A DNA stretch of 64,000 nucleotides from Phycisphaerae bacterium. GTDB lineage: Bacteria; Planctomycetota; Phycisphaerae; UBA1845. The stretch's first letter is position 1. Every line of letters starts with the position of its first letter. Positions 55,038 through 64,000 of the stretch are shown piece after piece. The DNA lies in NCBI GenBank assembly GCA_022072505.1, contig JAJVHU010000022.1:87603-151602 (forward strand), given 5' to 3'. Made by a program: the position numbers and the translations under genes. The notes under the pieces were generated by a model that had not been told where the DNA came from, did no database searches, and saw only the letters and a program-made list of their open reading frames with translations.

Positions 55038-56231
55038 TCAGCGCGGTTCGTAACGTCGGCCGAGCGTCACGGTCAGCGTCAGCGGGGCGCCGCTGCGGAT
55101 CACGTCCAGCGTCATGTTCTCGCCCGGCGTCCTCGCGGCGATCAACGCGATCAGGTGGCGGGCGTCACGAACGACGGTTCCGTCAACCCGCTCGACGAGA
55201 TCCAGTTTCTGCAATCCGCCGGAGTGCGCCGCGCTGCCTTCGACGACGCCGGCGATCAACACGCCGACGGAAGCCCCGGTGCGGCCGGACTGCGAGGCTT
55301 CGCGGGAGCGAAGGCGGTCGACCGGCTGAACCCCCAGGAACGCCGGACCTCCCGTGACCAGATCGTCGAGCATCGCGCGGACGCGGTTCGACGGGATTGC
55401 GAAGCCCACCCCCTGGTATACGCCGTCGGTCGTTGCGATCGCGGTGTTCACGCCGACGACCTCGCCGCGCATGTTGACCAGCGGTCCGCCGCTGTTGCCG
55501 GGATTGACGACGGCGTCCGTTTGAATGAGCCCCTCGTAGACCCCGGGTCCGATCGTCACGCTGCGCTCGCGGGCGGAACTGATGATGCCCTTGCTGAAGG
55601 TTCCGACCAGTCCGAAGGGGCTGCCCACCGAGAAGACCTCCTCGCCGACGCCCAGCCGGGAGCTGTCAGCCAGCGTGAGGGCGTGAAGCGGGCGATCCTC
55701 CACCTCGAGGACGGCGAGGTCGCTGGATTCGTCCATCCCCAGGACCGCGGCGCTCGCCTGTCGCCCGTCGGCGAAATGCACGGAAAGACCCGATGCGCCC
55801 GCGACGACGTGCGCGTTCGTCAGGATCAACCCCCGCTCCCCGTCGAACACGAAACCGCTTCCGAGTCCGTGTGCCGGACGGCTGGGTGCTCCTCCGCGCA
55901 GCGTCGGCGCTGAAGAAGGGAGGGAGTCCTCGGCGGGATTCCCGGGACGGCGCCCGGACCCGCGATCCGATCGCTCTGCTCCCGCGGCGGGACGGTCCGA
56001 GACGATGCTGACCACCGCCGGAGCGACAAGTTCCGCCACCCGCCGACCGTCCAGGTAGCGGCGTTCAAGCTCGTCGGCCGAAGGCAGCTCCTCGCGCACC
56101 GCCTGAAGCCGTCCGCGTTCGATCTGGTGCGCGAGGCGGTTCGGCAGATTGCTCTTCACCAGCGCAATCAGGCAGGTCAAGGTGACGACAAAGGCGAGGA
56201 TCAACTGTTTGAGGTTCGAGATCACGCGCAT
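55038..56231 (-). CDS. HtrA/DegS-family serine protease with one PDZ domain
   Basis: ILTNAHVV, SDLAVL, QTDAVVNPGNSGGPL: full triad. Confidence 0.9.
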   Translation of the reverse strand: MRVISNLKQLILAFVVTLTCLIALVKSNLPNRLAHQIERGRLQAVREELPSADELERRYLDGRRVAELVAPAVVSIVSDRPAAGAERSDRGSGRRPGNPAEDSLPSSAPTLRGGAPSRPAHGLGSGFVFDGERGLILTNAHVVAGASGLSVHFADGRQASAAVLGMDESSDLAVLEVEDRPLHALTLADSSRLGVGEEVFSVGSPFGLVGTFSKGIISSARERSVTIGPGVYEGLIQTDAVVNPGNSGGPLVNMRGEVVGVNTAIATTDGVYQGVGFAIPSNRVRAMLDDLVTGGPAFLGVQPVDRLRSREASQSGRTGASVGVLIAGVVEGSAAHSGGLQKLDLVERVDGTVVRDARHLIALIAARTPGENMTLDVIRSGAPLTLTVTLGRRYEPR

Positions 56232-56427
56232 GCCTCCGGCTGGGCACGACCCGTCAACGCCGGTATTATACGATCGGCGGGCGACGGAGTTCAATCATCC
56301 GGCGCCGCTGACGGAATCCGACGATCCGGTCCGGCGCCGGGCTGCGTCCCGACGGGCGTTGGCGGTCCGGACGGCGGCCCTCCGCCTGCGGACGTCCTCG
56401 ACCCACGGAACACCCGGAACATGCGAC

Positions 56428-56721
56428 ATGACGTTTGACGACTTTCAGGCCCTGATCGAGACGATGTATAGTCACAAGGATCGGGCCCGCGGCACGCCGA
56501 TCACGTTCATGTGGCTTTGCGAGGAGTTCGGAGAGTTGGCGACGGCGTTGCGCGAGGGATCGCACGAGGAAAAGTGCGGCGAATTCGCGGACGTGCTCGC
56601 GTGGCTGGCGACGGTGGCGAACATCAACAACGTCAACCTCGACGAAGCGCTGCGGAAGAAATACGGGAGCGGGTGCCCAGGTTGCGGGAAGTGGGTTTGC
56701 ACGTGTCAAAGCAAGCAGTGA
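56428..56721 (+). CDS. MazG-like nucleotide pyrophosphohydrolase
   Basis: EEFGEL ... EFADV; C-terminal CPGC..C.C. Confidence 0.85.
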   Translation: MTFDDFQALIETMYSHKDRARGTPITFMWLCEEFGELATALREGSHEEKCGEFADVLAWLATVANINNVNLDEALRKKYGSGCPGCGKWVCTCQSKQ

Positions 56722-57974
56722 ACATCCGGTGTCAGCCGGTTGCCGCGTTCCGACAAGGCGGGTCGGCGGTCGGTTTCATTCTTCTGAGGCGGTCCGGAAA
56801 CCTGAAGGCGCTGGCGCTCGGGTTGGGCGTCATCGTTGCTGCACCGGCGTTTTCCGCGGCGACGGCCTGGGCTGAGGACGCGACGAAGACCTCTGCGTCG
56901 ACGGAGGACATCAACAAAGCGAGCGGCGTCGTCATTCAGGCGGCGGTGCAGGCGCTGGCGCCCGGGCTGGTGCGGATCGAGACGGTGGGCGGAGCCCAGC
57001 CGCGGGAGGGGGTTGACGAGCAAGACCCGGAGACGGAGGCGCCGCGTCCGCGAGCCGTCCCCTTCCGCGACACCCCGGGTTCGTCGTTCAGGTTGGCTGA
57101 CGGTCCGACGACGGGGGTGATCTGGTCCGCGGACGGGTTGATCGTGACCAGCAGCTTCAATTTCGTGCGCGATCCGCTGGTCATTTCGGTCGTGCTGCCC
57201 GACGGTCGGCGCGTCGCGGCGGATCTGGTGGCGCGGGACCAGGTTCACAAGGTCGCCCTGCTTAAGGTGGACGCTTCGGGGCTTCACGTTCCGCGCTGGG
57301 CGCCGACGGCGGAGGTTCGCGTCGGGCAGACAGCTTTAGCGCTGGGGCTGGGGTTCGGATCGCGCGACCCGGCGGTCAGCGCCGGCGTCGTCAGCGCGCT
57401 GGGGCGCATGAGCGGGACGTGTGTTCAGACCGACGCCTTGCTCAGCCCGGTCAATTACGGAGGACCGCTGGCGGATCTTCAAGGGCGCATCATCGGCTTG
57501 TGCGTTCCGATGGCGCAGCGGCCGGGCGAACTTGCCGGAATTGAAATGTATGATTCCGGCGTCGGTTTCGCCCTGACGGCGGAGCGCGTTCGGGCGATCG
57601 TTGCGGGACTGGAGACCGGGCGGAACGTCTACCGGGGCTGGCTCGGGATTCAGGTGGATGCGAGACGGCCTGATGCGGTCATTCTCGATCGCATTGCCGA
57701 TCCGTCGCCGATGCGCGACGCCGGCGCGCAGCGCGGCGACCGGATCATCGAAGTCGGCGGTCGAAAGATAAGACATTACGGGCACTTTGTTCAGGCGTTG
57801 GCGCTCGCGCCCGCCGGGATGAGCGTTCCGTTGCGGATCGTTCGCGGCGAGGAGACGCTCGAACTGACCGTCACGCTCGTCCGTGCGGAGGAACTCGGTC
57901 CGCTTCCGGAGGATCCGCAGGAGCCTTTTGATCCGGCCGATCCGCACGGTCAACCGTCGCCGGAACAACCTTGA
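56718..57974 (+). CDS. HtrA-family pseudoprotease with PDZ domain
   Basis: HtrA framework (QTDA..SPVNYGGPL, GWLGIQ) with triad substitutions. Confidence 0.75.
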   Translation: MNIRCQPVAAFRQGGSAVGFILLRRSGNLKALALGLGVIVAAPAFSAATAWAEDATKTSASTEDINKASGVVIQAAVQALAPGLVRIETVGGAQPREGVDEQDPETEAPRPRAVPFRDTPGSSFRLADGPTTGVIWSADGLIVTSSFNFVRDPLVISVVLPDGRRVAADLVARDQVHKVALLKVDASGLHVPRWAPTAEVRVGQTALALGLGFGSRDPAVSAGVVSALGRMSGTCVQTDALLSPVNYGGPLADLQGRIIGLCVPMAQRPGELAGIEMYDSGVGFALTAERVRAIVAGLETGRNVYRGWLGIQVDARRPDAVILDRIADPSPMRDAGAQRGDRIIEVGGRKIRHYGHFVQALALAPAGMSVPLRIVRGEETLELTVTLVRAEELGPLPEDPQEPFDPADPHGQPSPEQP

Positions 57975-58028
57975 CGGATCGCCGCGGGTGTCGCCGGCGG
58001 CGGGCTTCGGGCTTGCGTGCGTTGACGT

Positions 58029-59336
58029 CTACCTTCCTCCGAGCGCGTCGGCGGACCTCGGTTGATCCAGTTCGACGCGGATCATCCAGTCTCCCGCGTC
58101 GAGCGGCGATCCCGGTTTTCCGGGGACGGCGGTCTGCGAGTTGCCCCGGGTCGAGGCGTCGAACGAGACGTAGACCCCCCTCGTTCCGGTCGGGCGGAAG
58201 TTGAAACAGACGTGGAACGCGGGAGGAACAGCGGTCGGCGTCACCTCGATCTTCACCCACCGGGCGTCGCCGCGATCAAACGTCGAATACGGTTTCTCCC
58301 ACGTCGCGATCGGCCGCATCTGCTCGTCGCAGAGCGAGACCTCGAACGTCTCGTCCGGCGCCTGCGGGCTGCCGTAGCGGGAGCCGAAAAGCAGCACGTT
58401 TCGCAGATACCACGACCCGCCGCCGGGCGCGGTGAAGCGGCGGGCGTGCCCTCCGCCGGCGATGGATTTCTTGCCGTCAGCCTTGCCGTCATCGCCGGCG
58501 ACGGTCAGAGGCCGCCCGGTCAGCGAAGCGGGATCGGCGGTTCGCGCGGCGACATCGCTTGCAGGGCGGCGCTCGACGAAGAGGCGCGCGGCGTTCGTCC
58601 ACCACGCTTCAAATCCGGCGGCATTGCCCGGAAACGCCCGAGCGCCCGACGCAGACAGATCCGGCGCGGGGTCGGCCAGGTCCACGCGCGCGGTGTTCCA
58701 CGCCGCGAACAACGCGGGAAACCCCTTCATGCCGACGACGGACTCCGCGTCGCGCCAAAGTTCTGCGCCGCGCGTCACGTCATCCGCATCGCCGGACGCA
58801 AGTTGCGCGTCGAGGCGAGCGGTCCCGTCCTTGCGATAATCATAAGGGTCGCACCACAGCTTCTCTCCCTTCAGCGCGTACACCCGGTCCACGACGGCGG
58901 ATCCGGCGAAATGCGCCCAGCCCTCCGCCGCCGCGGTCGTCATCCAGTCTCGTTTCTTCAGCACCCGGTACATAGCGACGTGACCGAGTTCGTGACACAA
59001 GCCGTAAACGTGGTACACGCCCGAAACTTCAGGGCGATTCAATTTCGAGGCGTCCGGGAGCGTCAGGTACACGCGATCATTCCCGTCGGTGTAAAGCCGC
59101 GAGGATGCCTGACGGTCGATCGCCGCGTCCACGTGAACCGTGCCGGGCATGTCGAAGCCGAACTCGTCACGGTAAACCGTCCACGCGGCCGACAGCGTGT
59201 CGGCGATCGCCTGAGCTTGCGACGAACTGAGTCCGCGGTATTCGACGCGGACGTGGGGCGCGACGGCGGTTGATGATGACTGCGCGGGTGCGAAGACCAG
59301 CAACCCGACGATGACCCCGACCCCGCTGATGATCAT
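58029..59336 (-). CDS. Secreted gluzincin-like metallopeptidase with C-terminal beta domain
   Basis: Signal peptide; HELGH and downstream AEGWAHF. Confidence 0.55.
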   Translation of the reverse strand: MIISGVGVIVGLLVFAPAQSSSTAVAPHVRVEYRGLSSSQAQAIADTLSAAWTVYRDEFGFDMPGTVHVDAAIDRQASSRLYTDGNDRVYLTLPDASKLNRPEVSGVYHVYGLCHELGHVAMYRVLKKRDWMTTAAAEGWAHFAGSAVVDRVYALKGEKLWCDPYDYRKDGTARLDAQLASGDADDVTRGAELWRDAESVVGMKGFPALFAAWNTARVDLADPAPDLSASGARAFPGNAAGFEAWWTNAARLFVERRPASDVAARTADPASLTGRPLTVAGDDGKADGKKSIAGGGHARRFTAPGGGSWYLRNVLLFGSRYGSPQAPDETFEVSLCDEQMRPIATWEKPYSTFDRGDARWVKIEVTPTAVPPAFHVCFNFRPTGTRGVYVSFDASTRGNSQTAVPGKPGSPLDAGDWMIRVELDQPRSADALGGR

Positions 59337-59456
59337 TGACGACTCCTCCTGAACCGAACAACGGACCGCGCGCCGGCGCGGTTTGCGCCTCCGTCCGAAT
59401 TCGACGCACGGAAGGGCGGACGGTTCCCGCCCGACAGGGATCCTGCCGTCCTTTGT

Positions 59457-60470
59457 TCATCCCTTCCGCCGCGCGTCGCCCGCCGCGTCACCCGACGGCA
59501 CAAATTCCGCCGGACCGAACGATCGCAGGATCGTGCGCTCGCCGTGACGCGCCGCGAGGATCGCGGACAAACCCGCCACGCGCCGGCAACAGGCCTCTAC
59601 CTCGGGGGGGGGAAGAATCATGAACGCCGTCGAGAAGGCGTCGGACATCGCGGCGGAAGGCGCCACCGCCCAGGCGCCCGCCGTTTCCGCCGGCGCGGGC
59701 AAGCCGGTGCGCGGATCGAGAATGTGCTCCCCGTGCAGCGCCCGTCCCGATCCGCTCAGCGACTCCTGCCGCAAACGCACCCGCCCGAGCGTGCGACTGT
59801 GATCGAGGGGATCGCGGATCGGCGCGGGCCAGCCGGCGCCGGGAGGCGCGTCCGGATCGGGAGCTTCACCGAAGGCGAAAACCGAGCTTTGTCCCGCGTG
59901 AACCAGGCCTCGGGGAAGGCGCCACTGCCCGAGGATTTCAACCGCCTGATCGACGGCGTAACCCTTCCCCACCGCGCCGAGATCCACGACGACGCCCGCG
60001 GAGCGGACGTGGACCTGCCGACGCGCGGGATCCAGCTCAATCAGCGGCATGCCCACCGCAGCCGGGAGGTTCGGTCCGTGATCTCCGGCGTCCGGTGCAT
60101 CACCTTGCCTGCCGGCGGCGGGAGGCGAAGCAGCGGGAGGTGACGCGCCGGAGCGCGGCAGAAATCCGCCGACCGTCACGTCGAACGCGCCGCCCGTCTC
60201 GCGCCAGACCGCCTCAGCCAGTTGGAGACACTCGAAGGCGTCGATGCCCACCTGAAGCGTGTCGCCGGGGCGCAGAGCGTTGACGCGGGCGATGTCGCTG
60301 TCCGGGATGAACCGGCTTAACTCGTGTTCGAGACGGTCGATCTCCGCGAAAGCGGCGTCCGCGGCGGCCTCCGCGTACGTCCGCGATCCGGCCGCGAGGA
60401 CGACTTCAAACGTGGTCGCCATCGCGTCGTGCGCAAAGCGGTGCAATGTCGGCGTCATGTCCGTCGGCAT
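59457..60470 (-). CDS. apbE: FAD:protein FMN transferase
   Basis: AMATTF, SDIARVN, FDVTVG, DLGAVGKGYAVD, HILDPRTG, DAFSTAF. Confidence 0.88.
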   Translation of the reverse strand: MPTDMTPTLHRFAHDAMATTFEVVLAAGSRTYAEAAADAAFAEIDRLEHELSRFIPDSDIARVNALRPGDTLQVGIDAFECLQLAEAVWRETGGAFDVTVGGFLPRSGASPPAASPPAAGRQGDAPDAGDHGPNLPAAVGMPLIELDPARRQVHVRSAGVVVDLGAVGKGYAVDQAVEILGQWRLPRGLVHAGQSSVFAFGEAPDPDAPPGAGWPAPIRDPLDHSRTLGRVRLRQESLSGSGRALHGEHILDPRTGLPAPAETAGAWAVAPSAAMSDAFSTAFMILPPPEVEACCRRVAGLSAILAARHGERTILRSFGPAEFVPSGDAAGDARRKG

Positions 60471-60752
60471 ACAGGTCGCCCTCACCGGTCCGGGCGCCCG
60501 CATTGTAAGTGACGGGGCGCGATCCGTCGCCGCTCTGCAAGGGCGAGCGCCCTGGGCAAGCGCCGGGCGCCGATCGCGGACGGCGGATCGTTGCGCGGCA
60601 AAACAGCGTTTACGTCCGGCGCGATCCCGGGTCCGGGTGGGTCGGCGCCTTCGCTCGCCGGGAACAGGAGGTTGCCGCGAAAACGTCCGCCGCCGCCGGA
60701 ATCCTCCAGCGCCGACGGACGCCCTTGCAGCCTCTCGCGCGGACCCGCCGAA

Positions 60753-61361
60753 TCAGTCGCTCGCCCGGACGTTGTCGATGTAGAGCACGTCGCCGCCCAG
60801 CGAAAACTGCGTGATCGCGCTGCCCGGCGCCGCCTTGATCGTCACCGCGCATCCGTTGTCGTTGACGCTGAAGCCGAAGGGGCTGCCGTTGATCGCGCCG
60901 AACGTCGGTTGCACGAAACAGTTGCCGTTAATGACGAGTTGCACGTTCCCGGCCACCGGTTTGTACCGGAACTTGATGCGGCGCACCGGTCCGCCGATCT
61001 GCGCAACGTAGTCGCTGATGTCGAAGTCCAGCAGCACCTGGTCGATGATCATCCGCTTGTTGTTCGGCTGAGGGCCGTTCGTGCAGGGCTGAAACGACTG
61101 CGAGACCACCGTGGTCGCGCCGGCGGCGTTCGGATTGCAACTGTTCCCCACCGTCAGATTCACCGGATACACGTCCACGTCGACCGTGATGCTGTTGAAG
61201 GACTGGCTGGGCAGATAACCGCTGAAGAAGGCGAGATCGTTGAACGTAACCGTGTGCGACGCCGCCATCGCCGCCCCCGTCGCCACCACCGTCGTCGCCG
61301 CCGCGATCACTCCGGTCCGCCGCACGCGACCCTGAAACCCCGAACGAATTCCCTGATGCAC
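60753..61361 (-). CDS. Secreted hypothetical beta-rich protein
   Basis: GTG behind AGGAAGGAG; signal-like N-terminus; ends LYIDNV. Confidence 0.6.
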   Translation of the reverse strand: MHQGIRSGFQGRVRRTGVIAAATTVVATGAAMAASHTVTFNDLAFFSGYLPSQSFNSITVDVDVYPVNLTVGNSCNPNAAGATTVVSQSFQPCTNGPQPNNKRMIIDQVLLDFDISDYVAQIGGPVRRIKFRYKPVAGNVQLVINGNCFVQPTFGAINGSPFGFSVNDNGCAVTIKAAPGSAITQFSLGGDVLYIDNVRASD

Positions 61362-61720
61362 GATCGTTGCTCCTTCCTGACCTGCTCCCGGCCCCGCGGG
61401 CACGCGCCGCCGGACCTCCCGGTCTTTCCGGGCGTCGGGCAAACGCCGACCCCCGGCATCATGAATCCGTGACGAAACTCCGAGTTCTTACACCAAGGCC
61501 GCTTTTTCGCGAGCGGCCCCGAATTCGGATGGAGGCAGGGGGCAGGGCAACCGCATTCCAGGATTTCGGGCTTCCGAGCGAACGTCGGTTGTCCAAGGGA
61601 TCGGCCTCCGCATGCCGGAATCGCGGATCGCCTGATCCGCGGTATCCGTCAGGACCGGCTCAAGCTCAAAAGTTAGAATGCGGTTGCCCTGCGACCCGTG
61701 GCCCCCGACTCGACCGTTCC

Positions 61721-61749
61721 TTGACACCCCGTCCGCCCCCGCTTATCGT
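61721..61749 (+). promoter_or_regulatory. tRNA promoter TTGACA-N17-TATCGT
   Basis: Consensus -35, exact 17-nt spacer, 12 nt upstream of tRNA. Confidence 0.7.
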
Positions 61750-61761
61750 GCCTTCAAGTGC

Positions 61762-61834
61762 TGCGGGGTGGAGCAGTTGGCAGCTCGCGAGGCTCATAAC
61801 CTCGAGGTCGGTGGTTCGAGTCCACCCCCCGCTA
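61762..61834 (+). tRNA. tRNA-Met(CAT), initiator type; CCA not encoded
   Basis: Cloverleaf folds by hand; 1:72 mismatch (T:T); anticodon loop CTCATAA; TTCGAGT T-loop. Confidence 0.95.
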
Positions 61835-62336
61835 GTGAACGAAACCGCTCGAAATCCCGTGACCCGCGGGTTAACGAATGACGCCGTCCGAGAGACCCGG
61901 CGGCGTTTCGCGTTCTATCGCAAGTTGCCGCAAGGGTTTAGCGACAGGCCGGCGCCACGCGGCGTCTCTCCCGCGGTCGCCGCGCGCTCACGGGTGGGCG
62001 CTCGCTACCAGCCTCCGGGGTTCCCGCGGGCGAAAGTCTCTGAGTCTCTCGACGTTGCCGACCCGCGGGTTAACGCGGTCCATAACCGGGCGGGCGAGAG
62101 ACTGTCGCGCGCCACATAACCCGGCCCGACTCATCGAACAGAATCGCCTCGGGTTATGTCGCGCGCGAATAACCCGGCGCGCAGCATCGAAAAATCGACC
62201 GGCGGGTTAACTCGCCTGAGCCGTTCGTCGATTACTGCCGACCACCGAGCGACGGCCATCACCGGTCAGGGAAACGCCGAACGGTGCATCGCCGACATAC
62301 TTGCAACAGGAGGGGCTGCCGTAACAATGGAGGCGA

Positions 62337-63620
62337 ATGTCCATGCTTCCCGCCAAAGGCTACCGGACCGTTGCGATCGATACTCAGATACCGTGGCCCT
62401 CCACTGAGCGTGTGATCAACTTTCGTGGGCGTGAAGTCCACCTGCTCCCCGGGTCGGACACCCTCTCGCGCATGATTCGGGTCGAGACTTCCACCGATTT
62501 CACCCAACCGGACGCCGACAGATTGATCTTCGAGTTCCTCAGCGCGCTCGCGTGGGCGGAGCAAGCCGAAGCGGTGACGACCTTCGGGAATTGGTGTACG
62601 GCTCCGCTCAACCTAGGCAAGGGGCCAATGGGCATGATCGGCGATGGGCACTTTGACTATCTACCCGATCCACCCGACCCAAAGGCGAAGTTGGCGCTGG
62701 CGCTCTACCGCGAGGGGTTATCCGTAAACCTGACACCTTACCAGTTTCTTGGGTTCTTCAAGATCATCAACATCATCTGCGACAAGGGGAAGGACCAGAA
62801 GCAGTGGATCAGGAACAACCTCCAGTACGTCACGGACAAAGACGCTCTCGCTCGGATCGCCGCCATTCAACGCAACGAGCCGGATGTGGCGGACTATCTC
62901 TACATCTCGGGTCGATGCGCGGTGGCCCATGCGTTCGATCAAGCCAACGTCGTCAACCCCGATGATCCCGCGGACCTTATCCGGTTGTCCGAAGACTTGC
63001 CGGTGATCCGTGAGCTCGCACGAGTGGCAATCGAGCGAAAGTTCGGTATCAAGTCCGAGCGAGACTTTCATCGTGAACACCTCTATGAACTGGAGGGGTT
63101 TCGCGCGCTGTTTGGCGTTGCGCTTATAGGGCGCATCAAGGCGGGCGAAGAGGTGCCGCCCGGCGACGTGCCGATTCCGAGCGTGCTTTCGCTTCGCTTG
63201 CGCGACCGAAGCCGCATCGAACTGTTCGAGTCGATGAGCGCCGCCACTGCGTGGGTACGCAAGGGGTGCGTTTGCGTTCGCCTGGAATCGAAGTGTCGGC
63301 GCATCGAGGTGCTCGTGGGGCTCAACTTCGCGGGTGAGAGTCTCGTCTGCGAGCCGCTCACGGACGTTCAATATCACGACGACGGTACGCCAGAGGCGGC
63401 GAAGATGATGCTCCAGTGGGCGCAGATTCATCGGTGGTGGTTCGGGAGCAACGGAACCATCGAACTGTGGGACACTGCAACAGGCACACTTCTCGCGAGG
63501 GCGCAGCCCTACATGCCGCCGGTCAACTCTCGCTTTCCGCACGATGAGTTCGACAAGATGGAGTCCGAACTCCGGGCGCGGGCCGGCAGTCCCGATCCGC
63601 CGAAAGACGCTCACGGCTAA
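62337..63620 (+). CDS. MauJ/ApeA-like HEPN-domain protein
   Basis: LALALYREG...FLGFFKII helix and R-X4-H motif RCAVAH. Confidence 0.6.
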   Translation: MSMLPAKGYRTVAIDTQIPWPSTERVINFRGREVHLLPGSDTLSRMIRVETSTDFTQPDADRLIFEFLSALAWAEQAEAVTTFGNWCTAPLNLGKGPMGMIGDGHFDYLPDPPDPKAKLALALYREGLSVNLTPYQFLGFFKIINIICDKGKDQKQWIRNNLQYVTDKDALARIAAIQRNEPDVADYLYISGRCAVAHAFDQANVVNPDDPADLIRLSEDLPVIRELARVAIERKFGIKSERDFHREHLYELEGFRALFGVALIGRIKAGEEVPPGDVPIPSVLSLRLRDRSRIELFESMSAATAWVRKGCVCVRLESKCRRIEVLVGLNFAGESLVCEPLTDVQYHDDGTPEAAKMMLQWAQIHRWWFGSNGTIELWDTATGTLLARAQPYMPPVNSRFPHDEFDKMESELRARAGSPDPPKDAHG

Positions 63621-63722
63621 ACGCGTTGGCGGACAGTCTCCGGACGAACGGCGTACATAACGGGCAGACGGCCGCGACCCGCGCGTTATGCGTGACGCAC
63701 GGGCCGGCTCAGGAGTCTGCTC

Positions 63723-63956
63723 ATGTCCGCACGCTCGGATGCGCCGGTCGATCCCGCCGAACGGCGACGACAGGTCGCATCGATCCTCGCACGGGGCGTC
63801 GTTCGCTGGCGCCGGCGCGTGAAAGCGACCGGAATCAGCGATGCTCAAGAATCTCCACCCGCCGCCGAAAATCGCCTTGAGCTTCCCCGCGAAACGAGGC
63901 TCAGTGTGTCCCGTACCCGCAGGTTACGGCCGCGGGATGATGGAGACAACGCATGA
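63723..63956 (+). CDS. Small hypothetical protein
   Basis: ERRRQVASILARGVVRW; ATGA overlap with next gene. Confidence 0.55.
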   Translation: MSARSDAPVDPAERRRQVASILARGVVRWRRRVKATGISDAQESPPAAENRLELPRETRLSVSRTRRLRPRDDGDNA

Positions 63957-64000
63957 GCCTCAACATAGCAAAAGAGGTGGCCAAGCTCGAGCGCATGACG
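63953..64000 (+). CDS. DUF2924-like protein, N-terminal 16 codons only
   Basis: MSLNIAKEVAKLERMT resembles DUF2924 N-termini; truncated by window edge. Confidence 0.45.
   Translation, partial: MSLNIAKEVAKLERMT

Larger units (their letters stand above)
61835..64000 (+). mobile_element. Left end of a probable integrative element at tRNA-fMet
   Basis: tRNA 3' end followed by repeated boxes, a cargo gene and a small gene + DUF2924-like start, an arrangement commonly found before large serine recombinases; recombinase itself not in window. Confidence 0.55.

Noticed and set aside
61788-61804. Non-canonical initiator anticodon stem (A29:U41 instead of three G:C pairs)
   Set aside because: Such variants are known in other initiator tRNAs; not novel.
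62114-63692. attC sites at CATAAC...GTTATG
   Set aside because: Only 35-46 bp, shorter than known attC sites, without recognisable L boxes; kept only as possible recombinase boxes.
1-64000. Apparent abundance of CGATCG/GCGATCGC (HIP1-like) words
   Set aside because: Cannot be separated from GC and codon bias without a Markov-model count, which I cannot run.

Overview
GC-rich bacterial chromosome segment; gene content and repeat types suggest a Planctomycetota/Phycisphaerae-like host (inference). Left to right: (1) a MATE fragment and a methyltransferase; (2) a 6.8-kb minus-strand array of toxin-antitoxin (TA), trypsin-like protease and pseudogene cassettes hanging off the 3' end of a glutaryl-CoA-dehydrogenase-like gene and punctuated by four partial copies of that gene's own 3' end; (3) a TPR protein, ClC channel, RluA-like/RlmI-like fusion and BNR-repeat beta-propeller protein; (4) a complete co-linear nuoA-N (complex I) operon stretched over 27.9 kb by about 19 co-oriented passenger ORFs, with partial duplications of the nuoD 5' end and nuoF 3' end (twice) bracketing TA cassettes and an in-frame palindromic repeat array inside nuoL; (5) nnrE, EPS/exosortase-associated genes, two HtrA-family genes (one lacking the catalytic triad), MazG-like, gluzincin, apbE; (6) an initiator tRNA-Met followed by the left end of a probable integrative element with a HEPN/MauJ-like cargo gene and a DUF2924-like gene cut by the window edge. 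The most striking signal, seen at three loci (gcdH 3', nuoD 5', nuoF 3'), is accretion of small cassettes at housekeeping gene termini, each leaving a 50-200 bp copy of the gene end that differs mostly at silent sites, with no integrase or transposase next to any of them. Family calls are from motif recognition only; no database searches were run and substitution counts were done by hand.
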